From: the human T2T-CHM13v2.0 reference genome, Homo sapiens | Reading direction: 5' to 3' (one strand) | DNA length: 64,000 nt | Assembly: GCF_009914755.1 (NCBI RefSeq) | Contig: NC_060929.1 | Shown here: positions 13,485 to 27,554 of the stretch, piece after piece | Numbering within the stretch: the first letter of the stretch is position 1 | Layout of the letters: each line of letters opens with the position of its first letter | The notes under the pieces: generated by a model | Seen by the model: the letters and a program-made list of their open reading frames with translations, nothing else | Databases searched by the model: none | Told to the model about the DNA's origin: nothing | Translations under genes and position numbers: made by a program

Positions 13485-16400
13485 TCCTGAGATTTTAAAA
13501 AGAAAAAAAATATTTAAAAATGAAGAAAGCCTATGTAATATGATATATAGGACACTGTAAACTGACCAAATATCCTAATTTTTATTGTTCTATATTGTTC
13601 TAGAAAGTGTAGAGATGGGCAAAGGCATAGAAAACCTATTTAATGAAATAACAGCTGAAAACTTCCCGTTTTGAAAGAGATACAGATATCCAGATAGAGG
13701 AATCCCAGTGATCCCCAAATAGCTTCAACGTAAAGGGTCTTCTCCGAGACACATTATAGTGGAATTTTCAAAAGTTAAAAACAGAGACTAAATTCTAAAA
13801 ACATCAAGAGTAAAGCATCAAGTCACATATAAGGAAACCCCCTTCGGACTAACAGCAACTTTCTCAGCTTAAACCTTACAGATCGGGAGACAGTGTAAAT
13901 TGATATATTCAAAGTGTTAAAAGCAAAAAACAATTCATCCAAGAATACTATTCCCAGCAAAGTTTTCCCAGACAAGCAAAACTTGAGGGAATTCATTCGC
14001 ATTAGAACATCCCTACAACAAATGCATAAAGAAGTCCAGATTTTACCTCTATAAGCAAAACAACAATATCTACCATCACAAAAACACAAGAATAAAATTC
14101 AGTGGCAGAGCAGACACACAAATGAGAAAGAGAAAGGACTCAAGTGTTGCCTCTGCAAAAAAATCAAACCACAATGATAAACAATAGGAAAGAAAGGAAA
14201 AAAAGGCTATACAAAACAACCAGAAAACAATTAACAAAATGACAAAAATAAATCCTCACCTACCGATAATAACCTTGAATATAAATGGATTAAGTTTCTC
14301 ACTTATATAGACTGCCTTAATGGAGAGAAAAATATAACCCAACTATTTGCTGCTCGTAAAAACTCACTTCACCTGTAAAGACGCATAAAGACTGAAAGTG
14401 AAGGAATAGTAAAATATATTTCATGCAAATGAAAAACAAAAACAAGCACGAGTAGCTATAGTTGTATCAGGTAAAATAGACTTTAAGAATGGTAAAAACA
14501 ACAAACAACAACGAAGATGATCATTATATAATGACAAAGAGATGAATTCAGCAAGAGGATATACCAGTTCTAAATATATATGCATATGCGTCACTGGTGC
14601 ACAGAGATATATAAAGGAAATATTATTTGACCTAAAGGGTGAGATAGACTCCAACACAATAATGGTTGGGGACCTCAACCATTGTCAGCATCGGACAGAT
14701 CATGTAGACAGAAAATAAACATTGGATTGAAACTGCGCTTTAGACCAAATTGGCCTAACAGACATTTACAGAACATTTTATCTAACAGCTGGAGAATGCA
14801 CATTCTTTTTATCAGCACATGTAACATTCTCCAGGATAGACCATGTGTTAGGCCATAAAACAAGTCTCAACAAAATTTTAAAAATAGAAATTATATCAAG
14901 TATCTTCTTAGACCACAAAGGAAAAAACTAGAATTCAATAACAAGAACAACTTTGGAAGCTGTACAAATACATGGAAAGTAAACAAAATGCTCATGACCA
15001 ACTATTGGGTCAGTGAAGAAATTATGAAGGAAATAAAAAAAAAAATTTGAAACAAATGAAAATGGAAACACAATGTACCAAGACCTATGGAATATAGCAA
15101 AAGCAGTGCTAAGAGGGGAGTTTGTAGCAGTAAATACCTACATCAAAGAGTAGAAGGATGTCAAATAAGCAACTTAACAATGCACTTCAAAGAACTAGGA
15201 AGCAGAACAAACCAAACCCAAAATTAGTAATAGGAAAGAAAAAGAGCAGAACTAAATGAAATAGAGACTAAAAAAATACAAAGGTCAATGAAAAAAAAGT
15301 TGGCTTTTTGAAAGATAAGCAAAATGAGTAAACTGCTAGCTAGACTAACCAAGAAAAAGAGGGAAGATTCAAATAAATAAAATCAGAAATGAAAAAGGTG
15401 GCATAGCAACAAATACCACAGAAATATAAAGAATCATTAGAGATATACTGATTTCTGTATGAAAACTGTATTAGCATACAGTTTTCAACAATTGTATGCT
15501 AATAAATTAGAAAACCTAGAGGAAATGAGTAAATTCCTGGATGCATATAACCTACCAAGCTTGAACTAGAAAGAAATAGAAAACCCGAACACACCAATAA
15601 CAGGTAATGAGATTGAATCAGTAGTGAAAAAAATCTCCCATCAAAGAAAAGCCCAGGACCAGATGGTACTGCTGAATTCTACCAAAATTATAAAGAACTA
15701 ATAACAATTTTTTCAAACTATTCCAAAATATGGAAGAAAAGGGAATTCTTCTTAATTTATTCTATGAAACCAGCATTATCTTGACTTCAAAACCAGATAA
15801 GGATACAGTGAAAAAAGAAAAGAGCAAGCCAGTATCTCTGATGAACATAAATGCAAAATCCTCAACACAGTACTATCAAACCAACTTCATAAACACATCA
15901 AAGAGATAATGCATCATGAGCAAGTGAAATTTATTGCTGGGATATGAGGATGGTTCAACATCAAAAAATGTGGTACAGCACATCAACAGAATGAAGGACA
16001 AAAACCATATGATCATATCAATAGATGCAGAAAAAGCATTTGCTAAAATTCTATTTTTCTTCATGACAAAAACTCTCAATAAATTAGGCCTAGAAGGAAT
16101 ATACTTCTACATAATAAAGTCCCCGTAGAGCAAACCCATGGCTGACATACTGAATGGAGAAAAGAGGAAAGCCTTTCCTTTAAGAAGTGGAATAAGACAA
16201 AGGATGGCCACTTTGACCATTCTTATTCCGCATAGTACTAGAAGTTCTAACCAAAGCAGTCAGGCAAGAACAAGAAATAAAAGGCACCCAAATCAGAAAA
16301 GAGGAAGTCAGATTAGTCCCTCTTTGTAGATGACGTGATCTTATATAGAGAAAAACCTTAAGACTTCTCCAAGAAAAGTCTTAGAACTTATAAAGTAATT

Positions 16401-16675
16401 CAGTAAAGTTTCAAGACACAAAATCTCAACATGTGAAAATCAGTAGCATTTTTATACACCAATAATGAACTAGCTGAAAAAGAAATCAAGAAAGCAGTCC
16501 TATTTACAATAGCTTAAAAAAATACTGATGAATAAATTTAACCAAGGAGATGAAAGATCTCTTCAGGAACTACAAAACACTGATGAAAGAAATTGAAAAT
16601 GACACCAAAAAAATGGAAAAATATTTCCTGCTCATGGACAGAAAAAAATCATATTGTTAAAATGACAATACTACC

Positions 16676-17037
16676 TGATATGGTTTGGCTGTGTACCCAC
16701 CCAAATCTCATCTTGAATTGTAGCTCCCACAATTCCCATGTGTCATGGGAGGGACCCAGTGGGACATAATTGAATCATGGGGTCAGTTTCCCCCATACTG
16801 TTCTCGTGGTAGTGAATAAGTCTCACGAGATCTGATGGTTTTATAAGGGGAAACCCCTTTTGCTTGGCTTGCATTCTCTCTTGTCTGCCAGCATATAAGA
16901 CATGCCTTTCACCTTCCACCATGATTGTGAGGCCTCCCCAGCCATGTGGAACTGTAAGTCCATTAAACCTCTTTTTCTTTATAAATTACCCAGTCTCAGG
17001 TATGTCTTTATCAGCAGTGTGAAAACAGATTAATACA
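16676..17037 (+). mobile_element. THE1 (MaLR) solo LTR inserted in L1 ORF2
   Basis: Starts tgatatggtttggctgtgt and ends taataca; typical THE1 body. Confidence 0.9.
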
Positions 17038-18600
17038 ATCTACAGATTTAGTGCAATCATTATACCAATGACATTTTTCACAAAGGAAAGGAAGTCAATC
17101 AAAGGGATAACTGTACCCCCATGTTTACTGCAATACTATTTACAGTAGCCAAGATATGGAATCAACCTAAGAATATATCAGCAGATGAATGGATAGAGAG
17201 AAGGTGGTGTATGTACACAATGGAATACTATTCAGCCATAAAAGAATGGAATCCTGTCATTTGCAGCAACATGTGTGAAACTGGAGGTCATTATATTAAG
17301 TGAAATAAGCCAAAAATAGATAAATACCATATTCATACTCATATGTGGAAGCTTAAAAAGTTGATCTCATGGAGGTAGAGAATAGAATGATAGTTACCAG
17401 AGCCTGGGAAAGATTCAGGGGAATGGAGACAAGTTGGTTAATGGGTACCAACATGTAGAGAGATGAAATAACTTTTAGTGTTTGATAGCACAGCAGGGTA
17501 AATATAGTTAACAACAATATATTGTCTATTTCCAAATAGCTAGAAGAGAAGATATGAAATGTTTCCAGTGCAAAGAAATGATAAGTGTTCAAGGTGATGT
17601 ATATTCTAAATACCCTGATTTGATCATGCTTGTATCAAAATATCACATGTACCCTATAAATATGTACAATTATTTCGTACCAATAAAACATGTTTCTAAA
17701 CCTTCAGTGGCTCCCAATTGCCGGTAGCAGCCATTTGCAATTGTTCTCCCTTTTGTGACAAGCAAGGGTGATAGATGATAGATACTGTTCATCTGAGCAG
17801 CTCCATTCACATCCACTTCTATACCTAGGATTATTTGCAAATTCAGGCATACCAGCTGTCATTCTGCCCACCTTCTCTCCAAAAGGCATATCACAATACA
17901 CATGAGTGACAATGACATTTTCATATGCTCTAAAATATTTCTAAAGCAAATTATTCCCTCTGTGCTTTACTGCTGCTAATAAAGTACTTGTAATGTACCT
18001 CAAAATTTTCAGTAGAAGTCAAGACACCACAGCTACACACTATATGATCATTGTTAAATCCAGCCTCCTTTATGTGGTATCAGTACATTTTCCAGTCTAA
18101 ATCAGAAATCAGGGTCAGCTAATCCAGTCCCCAGCCCCCCATTCCACCTGACATACACACGTATCCTTTCCTGATTATTTTACAAAATCTTACAACACAT
18201 TCTGCAATTATAAACATCCTCACTTTTATTCTTTTTGACCAAAATATTCTCTGCCCACTTCTACACTTAATGAATTCCACCTTACCTTTAAGTGCATACA
18301 CCAACGTTTGCTCCCGTGGGAAACCTTTTAAGTAGACCTTAATCCTACCCTATCCCAGCCCTATCCTTGGGAAGGATTCTGGGCCCTCTCCTATATTCCT
18401 GTACTACTTTGTGTCATAAGTATTGGGTTCCTGGGTTTTAAAAACATTTTATTCTGTCATATTCCTATCCTATTATAGCCCTATTATATCCTTTTATTTA
18501 CTAAGGCCAAAAACCACGTTTTATTCCTTTGCGTTCCCAGATTCTACCATAGTACCTTACATAGAAAATACGCTTAGGGAATAGTTGTTGAAGATGCTTC

Positions 18601-18770
18601 AGAAAAAAAAGAAGGAAAGGAAAGGGAAAGGGAGGAAAGGAAAGGAAAGGGAAAAAAAAGAAGGAAAGGAAAGGGAAAGGGAGGAAAGGAAAGGAAAGGG
18701 AAAAGAAAGAAGGAGAGAAAGAGAAAGAAAGAAAAGAAAGAAAAAAGGGAAGGAAGGGAAGGAAGGAAAG
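18601..18770. repeat. Polypurine (GAAAG/GGAA)n low-complexity tract
   Basis: About 170 nt of A/G only. Confidence 0.95.
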
Positions 18771-19242
18771 ATGATGCTTCAGCAAAGGTTGAACTAATCT
18801 GGGCATCCTATTGTGCTATGTTTTGTTAATTTTTATTAAAAAAATGTACAAAGTTTAAAATATTTTGGGTGAAAAGGTACTTTTCTGTAGTTGACAGAAT
18901 TATTTTGAAGTGCTTGTTCTCACACAAGCATCCTTTCAAGTTTTCATAGCTGATCATATAAGCTTTGAGCTTCTCTTTCTCCCCCCAGTCTTTAATGTCC
19001 GTCTTTGAGGATTTCACTGCATGTTGCCACATCCTTCAGAGTGGCAAGGAGGAATGAGACTCAAATTGCTGCTTTTCTCCTCAGAATCTTTGTTGAAGAA
19101 TTTGGGAGGGACAGAAATATCAACGCTGATACAATAGCTTTCATAGTCATCTTCATAACTGTATATCCTCAATTAGTATAGATATATACATTGTACCCCT
19201 TTATCCGTGAGCGTGTTTATAAAAGGGATTAACACAAGTGAG

Positions 19243-19607
<365 letters not shown>

Positions 19608-19809
19608 TCACAGAGTTTCTGTCATTTTTTTCTTCTCTCATTTTAGGAAACCAAATATGAACAGTGAAAGAGAGAGTCCTATTCTTATAGGGTCACTGAA
19701 ATTAGGAGAATGAGACTGATATCTTAGTTCTGTGTAACAAGGAATAATCAATGAGTGGTTTATTATGGGGGCTATTTTATACTGAATATCCAGAATTTAC
19801 TCAGGAGAT

Positions 19810-19816
19810 GATAGAT

Positions 19817-19865
<49 letters not shown>
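19810..19865. repeat. (GATA)n tetranucleotide STR
   Basis: About 12 tandem TAGA units. Confidence 0.95.
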
Positions 19866-20299
19866 GAGGGAAAAGGACAGAGGAACACAGAGTGCCAGGC
19901 TTATTGCCCATTCTTCCTATTTATTTAAAACATTTAAAAGCTTTGTATTAAAATGCCATGTATGTTGTCGTATTTTCCAAAGAGAGTAAAGTAAAAATCT
20001 TGTTGAGAAGAAGGCCGTCTCAAATTTACCCTTTAATGACTTGGGTTAGCTGGCTTTACAGGCATCTTATCAAAAGGAGAAGAAAACAGTCCTAATGCAA
20101 GTTCCCAGTCACTTCATCACTCAGAAAGCTACTTGGAATGTGCATGTGGTATAATTTATGTAGAGCACGGCTTGATTGTCTTTTTTTATTTCTTTGCATC
20201 TGGTGATGTTATTGCATGAGCTTCTTGTAACTATTATGAATCCTCATGAGGCAATTCGACCTTTCCCTTTTACACTAAATGTGTGGATATATCTTTTAG

Positions 20300-20429
20300 A
20301 TTTCCACATGGAAGAGGCACTGGATTGGCCTGGAGTATACTTGTTACCAGGCCAGGTTTCTGGGGTGGCTCTAGACCCTAAGAATAACCTGGTGATTTTC
20401 CACAGAGGTGACCATGTCTGGGATGGAAA
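20300..20429 (+). CDS. PAM: PAM exon, start of PAL domain (DFHMEEALDWPG...HVWDGN)
   Basis: Acceptor cttttag|, donor AA|gtaagt; 130 nt, frame-compatible with both neighbours. Confidence 0.97.
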
Positions 20430-23400
20430 GTAAGTAATATTTTTTCTTCAATAAGCAAATGAAAATAAAAATAGTGTACATAATTTTTTCACTAAACTAA
20501 GAATAATGGTGAGAGAACTATAAAGGTTTTTTAGAATTTGACTTTTATGAGCAAAATGTATTTGTCCTTTTAATGTCTGACTGTAGTAAGTAGCAGAGAG
20601 GAAGTCTTGTGTGCTTTAAAACAAAGTAGTTTCATGAAATAGTTTATGGAAAGAAGACAGTAACAATCTGTGATTCTACCCACTTACCATTTTGCTCCCT
20701 CCTGTTATCTATCTATAACATTAAAGATAGTTAAGCCAGTACCTTAGTGAAAATGTTCAAGACTTCAAGGAGAGTGCTTATGAAAAGTGATCAACTAAGA
20801 AAGGTTGCTGATGGACTATAACAACGCACTTTTGTTATTTTCACATCCTGGGTGCAGAACTATGCCAAGACCATTGTCCTGGACAGTGTGGTTGGGGCAG
20901 TTTGGCCACTACATGTGAAGAAATAGTAACTTGGCCTTAAGGTTTTAATATAGACTACTTTTATTACTCAAATTTGCTCTTTTCATGAGCATCAAAGGCT
21001 TAAGAATAACTCTAGGACTGTCTATTACTCCTGCTTTATCCTCTGGATTTTCCTTTTCTACCTCCTTAGAGGGATTTTTAGTAAAAACATAGAACGGTTA
21101 TTGAGTGTTTCCTCTGAGTTACCATCATTATTCAGGTTTTACAGATGTAGAAACCAAGAGAAGTTAAGTATTGTGCCCAAATTAGCAAGTGGCAAAGCCA
21201 GGCTTCAGTTGCTTCCCATCTAACTCCAGAGTTGGCCCACTTAGCCACTTTATGATACTGCTTTTAATGGAATTGTAAGCATGTTCATGATTGTATTTTT
21301 AAAAGCTTGCCCCACAATTTAGCTAAACAATTTTTAAAAGCTAAACCCCACAATTTAGCAGCTTATTTTAATTCTTTTAAGTAATGAATAGCCATTATTC
21401 ATTTATTTCAATACAAATTTACATAGGGAGATAAATTTTAAGATTTTTTATCAATTACATCTAATATATCTTCTCTTTTCATACATATAACTATGGGTCT
21501 CATTTGGAAAATCGAGGATCTACATGTATAATTCAATTGGTTTTCTCCAGTTTCAGAGATGTTGATTAAATTTATGTTAAACCTGGTTCTGTCACGTATG
21601 CATATGTCTAATGTCTAATATTCTTTGTGCAGTCGAAGATGAAATTCAATCAACATTTCAGAATACATTGGTAGCATTGTTACTGTTTAATTGTCCTTTC
21701 CAGTTGTCATACTTGAAAATGGAATCTGAAAAAGATCACTTCAGAGTTCAAAGTAAATAATCAAACTCAACATTCTCATTCATACGTCTCTGTTGCATCG
21801 TCTTAGTCATTATTGAACATCTAATAGTATTTTAACAAGTGCTTTTAAAAGCAAACTATTACTATTCATAGTAGCATATTCTTCATTTTAATGAATATTG
21901 CTACATTTTCTGCATGGATTTCTAGCCACATTTTACCAGAGGAGAAAATTACAGCATCATTTTCTCCCATTGATACTGTTTCAGCTGACTAAAGCTAAAT
22001 TGGACAAAGGCCAATTTTTCATTTTAATGTGATATTCATTTCCAAGTAAACAGCAGAGACTGGAATAGTTTAATAGAAAAAGGGATCTGTGAAGTCCAGT
22101 TTAGGGTGGAAGATGAAGTAAGACTATGAAACAGGAACCACCTAAGAGCATTTTCTGTGGCTTATCTGGCTGTGCTAGCATCTAGGTAACCCCGATCCTG
22201 TGGAAATAGATTCTGGTTTCATTGGCAAAGCCCCAGAGTATTTGCCCTGATAAATGACATCTACAAAGGGGTGCAGTTGAACATGCAAGATGTCTTCAGA
22301 GGAAACTGCTGATTTTACTCACTAAATCTCTGTTTCCTTGCTCTTCTTCATCTTTGTCTTTCAGATGTAAAACTATTTTTTTTTTCTCTCTTTCCTTCTC
22401 CCTTCCTGGTATTGCCTGTTGCCCTTAGCAGACTTTGCAATCCATGGTTGTAAAGAAATTCTTTTCTGGCACTCAGCTCTCTGAGTAGAATTAGAAGTAG
22501 ATTACTCTGTTAGTTATTTTTTAGGAAAATAAATTTGGATTAGTTCAAAGAACAAATTAGATTCAGGCTCCATTCTTTGAATGGTAATGCATGGCCATCA
22601 TTCCTAAGTCACATTCTATAAATTGGATGAAGTATATCGGGTTTTTTTTGTCCTTCATTAAAAATCCAAGGATTATACAAAGAAAAAGTACCTTCCTGTG
22701 GAATTTATGATGTACAGGTGAGGGACAATACAAATTATAAATTAGTTGGAAACTCCATTCTTCTTGTTACTACTGTTGGATGGTGACAAATCCTGTATTA
22801 ATTTTCCTTGAAATGTTTCCCATTCTGATATTTCTGAGGTTCACAGAATTGTAGGTTCTATAAGACCAGGGCATATTCTAAATCAAATTGAAGCACATTA
22901 TATCCCATAGTTCGTAAGATGTGATCATTCTTTAAATATCAGACAGTACTTGGATTTAATAATAATTCCTAATTAATACTCAGTACCCAAAGGTTCTTTA
23001 ATATCATTGCATCAGCTGTCTTTATAAGTACCATTATTCTTCATTCCCACCTGGTAACCCTGATCAGCCCTTATTCTTTGACTTAAACACACTAAATATA
23101 CATAGCAACCAAAATTATAATGATGATAAACCTCTGACCTGAAAGATGATAGTCACTCCCTTTCTCAATATGATTTCCATTTTTCTCCCTTACTTCAATA
23201 TCACTTCTCTTCTAGCTGAAATAAGAAATGCCTATTGCCAGCAGGGTGTAATGAAACTTTAAAGAGTCTCTTGTCTGCCCTGGTGTTAGGGCAGCATGGC
23301 AGCTAGAGCTCTTTAAAGTTTAAATGCTTCCCAGCAGGAACTGGGTAGCTTTTGCCTCAGTAATAACTGTTCCTGAGTTTCTGTCTTAAAATCGCCACCC

Positions 23401-24169
23401 CACTCAAAGTGTTTCTTGGCCTTTCTTTCATGTACCTGAGCTATGGTTGGGGTGTACTATGCAGAACTCACATCGTATACCCACTTAACTTAACTATGGG
23501 TCTTGCCCCTAACTTATAGATGTTAGAAGTTGTATTTCTTATTTCATTTATCATTTCTTCTCTTGGAGTTGGAAGGGATCTTGGAATTAGTATAACTTCA
23601 GATTCTTTCTGTTACAAATAAGAGAGAAAACTCAATACAAACTAACTTAGGAAAAGATAAAATTAGTTTGTATAAGTGAAAACTTCAAGGAATATAGTAG
23701 CCCAATTACATCATCAGGATCTGTTTTACAGCTCATTTTTCTGTGGGGTGGCTCCATTTCCAGTCTTTGATTCATTCTGTTGCTCCTCTCCATTTGCAGG
23801 TTCAATTCACATTGTCATCCTAATGTCACAGAAGAGATAGTCTATATGCCTGATAAGTCAACATAAACTCACTAAAATTAGTCTTTATAGCATTCCTTCG
23901 TCTGACCTAGATCATGTCTCATTGCACGTTAAACCAGTTATTTTGGGCAGAGGAATAAAATTGAGTCTGTGGCTTAGCCTGTGTCTTTTGTTCTGCTCAT
24001 GAAATGTGGGAGTAGAGTCAACATTATCTGAAGCAATGGGCTGACAGTGGAGCTCAAAATGTTGGGTCAACTAGAAAAAGGTAAGGTTTCATTATCACAA
24101 AATGCAACAATAAACATGTACTCCCAAAACAGCAAGTGTCCATCAAAGAGCTTATCTCCAGCCTCCCAC

Positions 24170-25150
24170 CTAATGTATACATCTCTTCTACAGCAACTTC
24201 AACCATCATCCAGTGTTTGAATTTTTTCAATGCTAAGAAACTCCCTAGATATGAGACATGCTTTCCAATTATGGGACCCATCTAGATGTTATAAAGTTCT
24301 TCATTATTTTACCTAAATCTGAGTCCTGTTACTTCACCTTTTAGTAATACAGGATTAATTTATTCCCATTTATTCATGTCAATTATTTGCATATTTGAAG
24401 AAAGCCTTATCTTTTGCAAACTGAATATTCTCCAAGCTCTCAAGCAATCTTATGCTGACATGATTTATTTCAACTGAAGGAATTTTGGTCTCTCTCCCCT
24501 TTAAGTGTTTCGCCTAGAAGTGGTCATAGTACCTCACATATTATTTGATCAGTGTTACAATTAGTTCCCTTGATGTGTATTCTACACATCTGTTAGTATA
24601 AGAGAATTGTATTCCCTTTTTTTAGCAGTTACATCACTGTGTTGCCTTATGTAGAATTTGTAATCTATGAAAATCTCCAAATATGTGTCAAAAATTGTGC
24701 TGATATTTTTACTGGAAGTTTATGCTTATGCAGTGTTTTAAAAATATTGAATTCAGGGCTTTATTCCAATTATGTTCCACTTTATTACATTTAGCATTGT
24801 TTCAATTTACAGACATTATTTTAATCTTAATTAGCCAGAGACTTTGTGTTAGTTCTCCCAGCTTTGTATTAGGTCTCTTTGATAAGCATGCCTTTTATAT
24901 CTTCATAGATGATGTTTATAAAATTTGAATAGCTGAATGGTTGGTTTTGCAAGTTTCGTTTGTAGAGAACTCATAGTCTTCTAGGAATCTTCTTCCCTCC
25001 TCCCCCCAGATAGCTCACAAACCATCTCTTTATCAATACTTTATGGACTTTTGCCAAGATCTATTGTTTTAGAAATCTGTCTGCTTCCTAACTTGTAGAA
25101 AAATCAGTTCAAGATTTGCTTCGCTAGTTTTCTGGAGCCTCAGTTAAGAT
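24170..25150 (-). mobile_element. L3/CR1 ancient LINE remnant
   Basis: Degenerate similarity to recalled CR1 consensus (ttaagtgt..gcctagaagtgg..cagtg..acatcactgtgttg); edges approximate. Confidence 0.5.
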
Positions 25151-27299
25151 ATCTGCCTGGGTTATGCTTCAACTTCTGCGATTTCTTTCCTACCTTAGGG
25201 TTTAACTGGCCCTGGAGAACAGAACTCAAAAGTGTCTGTTACCTTTGTACCATCATGTCTGAGGGAAAACTATAAGGGGTTCTACAAAAAAGAATGTTTC
25301 AGTGTTCTATCTTTCTCATATCGCAATTTCACACTTTACCGGAGCCTTTTTCTTCCAGTTTTATGCTATTTTCTCTAGTTCTTCTTGGTTATATGACTGT
25401 TCTTCCATCTCTTCTACAGTACACATTGAATTTGATAACTGGTGGGAGATTTACCAATTCAGTCAGGTCAATCCTAGTAAGAGAAAATCACGTTTTTTTG
25501 AAGATAGGAGGCCTGGATTTGAATCTTGGTTACCATTTCCTGTTTTTGAGACTTGCATCAAGACGTTTGAACTCCCTGATTCTCAGTTGCTTGCCTAAAA
25601 AGTGAGGGCTTTAATAATTATCTCATACTGTTAAGTAACAAAATGCACCTTGTTAAGTCACTTGTCCCCAGTGGCCTTATTGACTGAATAGAATCCAGAG
25701 CCTGGATGTATGATACCTAGTTCTTTTTTCTCTTCCTATCTATTTGTGGTATTTATAGTTCTAGGCCTAAAATGGCACTAAATAGTCATACTGAATTTTT
25801 TTTGTCTGCCCATCTCTTTTCCTGCCTCACAGGGACTTTTTACAATGTGTCTATTTTCAGAAGTAAGTGTTTTTAACATAATATTAAGTTATATTCCATC
25901 GAGAGTCTCTGGCCTTTGTATATCTTTGCTTTTCTAACATTGAGGTTACATTTTCACTTATATTCTTGCATGAAAACCTACAGTTATTTCTCTAGCTTCT
26001 TAATTTATATAATTATATTATATTTCATATCTTCCTTCAGTTGCTATTATTTAATTTGAATTCCCTTAATTTTGATTCATGGCATAGAATTTTATTTTCT
26101 CCTTACTCTAGCTCTTTTGTGTGTGTGAATATAGCAAAGCATTTCTTCCCAGCCTTATCTAAACTGTTTGATTAGCTGCTAATGTGAAAAATCATTAATG
26201 GAGAATTCAAACTGCTAAAATAAAGAACTGATGAATTCCAGCCCATAGGCCACAGTTCAGTCTTTTCAACTGAGTGCTTTTCCAGAGAAACAAAGAAAAA
26301 TCAAAAGTGCTCCAGGCACTGTGTGAAATGTTCAGGGTATTATTATAGCCTGTAAAAAGTTAAATGTAGTTGAAATAAAGACCTCTCTGCAGCAAATAAT
26401 GTGGAGTAGCTGCTTTAGAAAACTAAATAAGCAGTTTGCTATAGCAACGGTGTATCCAGCTCTATAATCTGACAGCCATTTGTGAACTGTTCAAGGGTTA
26501 CCTTTCTTTGAATTACAAGAGTTTATAAACTACTTACTTAGCAAGTTTAACATGTGTGTTTGGAGGGGGACTGTGATTTTCTCATTTGAGAAAAGATGTC
26601 AATTTATTTTATTATTTGCCCCATGTAACCGTCAGGGACCAGCTGTTAGTTCCGTGAAGCTCCAGCCATCCCAAGTGAAAGGATTAGGACTGGTCAACCA
26701 ATCATCTGAGTAAATGAATGTCCCTTGATGCTGCCAGTTTAAACATATAGACGTCTGTTAAAAAACATCACAATGATTTTAAATGAACTGGTCAGGCCTA
26801 TTATGTAGTGATTAATTCCTTTAAAGCTACATTCTTCCTAAGAATTCTGGGTTTTTCTTATTTGTTATTTACATTATGGAAGTAAATTACTACATTTAAA
26901 TGAGCTGTATATATAAGTAGAGTGTTTTATCTTTGGATTTTGTTATGTTTTGTTAGCTTTGTGTCATTTTTTACTTTGTTTTTGAGGGGTGGTAGTTAAA
27001 TGAACAGATTCTCTAATCAGTAAATTCTAGAATTTGTGTTATCACTGATATTCTTAACAGTGAAAGTATAGTAATAATATGAATAATAATCATAAAGCTA
27101 TGGAAAAGTAGCTAGTCTTAAGCAAACATAAAATGCCCTTTATACATATAGATGACATGAGTGTAATTTGTGATAGCAAACGAAACCTAAAAAGACCCAG
27201 ATAATTAGTTGTTACATTGTAACAAGATACTGGGAAAGATATCTTGATATGTTGCAAGACAATTTTTTTTAAGGATCCAACTTTTAATTGTAAATATCT

Positions 27300-27554
27300 G
27301 AACTTTGGGAGGTGGAGTTGGGAGAATTGCTTGAGCCCAGAAGTTCAAGATCAGCCTGGTCAATATAGGGAGACCCCCATCTCAACAAAAAATAAATTAT
27401 CTAGGCATGGTGGTGTGCACCTGTGGTCCTAGCTACACTCATGAGGCTGAGATGGGAGGATCACATGAGTCTGGTAGGTTGAGGCTCCCATGAGCCGTGA
27501 TCATGCCACTGCACTCCAACCTGAGCAACAGAGACCCTGTCTCAAAAAAAAAAA
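27300..27554 (+). mobile_element. AluJ-like, 5' truncated
   Basis: actttgggagg...gaccctgtctc followed by poly(A). Confidence 0.88.

Larger units (their letters stand above)
12010..17690 (+). mobile_element. Old L1 (L1MA-type), near full length but decayed, with nested Alu and THE1 LTR
   Basis: GC-rich repetitive 5' region, ORF1-like A-rich region, ORF2 RT remnants ([21 protein letters not shown]), MFTAILFTVAKIWNQPK motif, L1MA-type 3' UTR with aataaa near 17682; internal deletion near 17085. Confidence 0.9.

Noticed and set aside
15934-16329. Reverse-transcriptase-like peptides
   Set aside because: Frameshifted L1 ORF2 debris, not an active RT or a novel retro-system
18501-18806. K/R/E-rich and F/P/L-rich ORFs
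   Set aside because: Artefact of the polypurine tract
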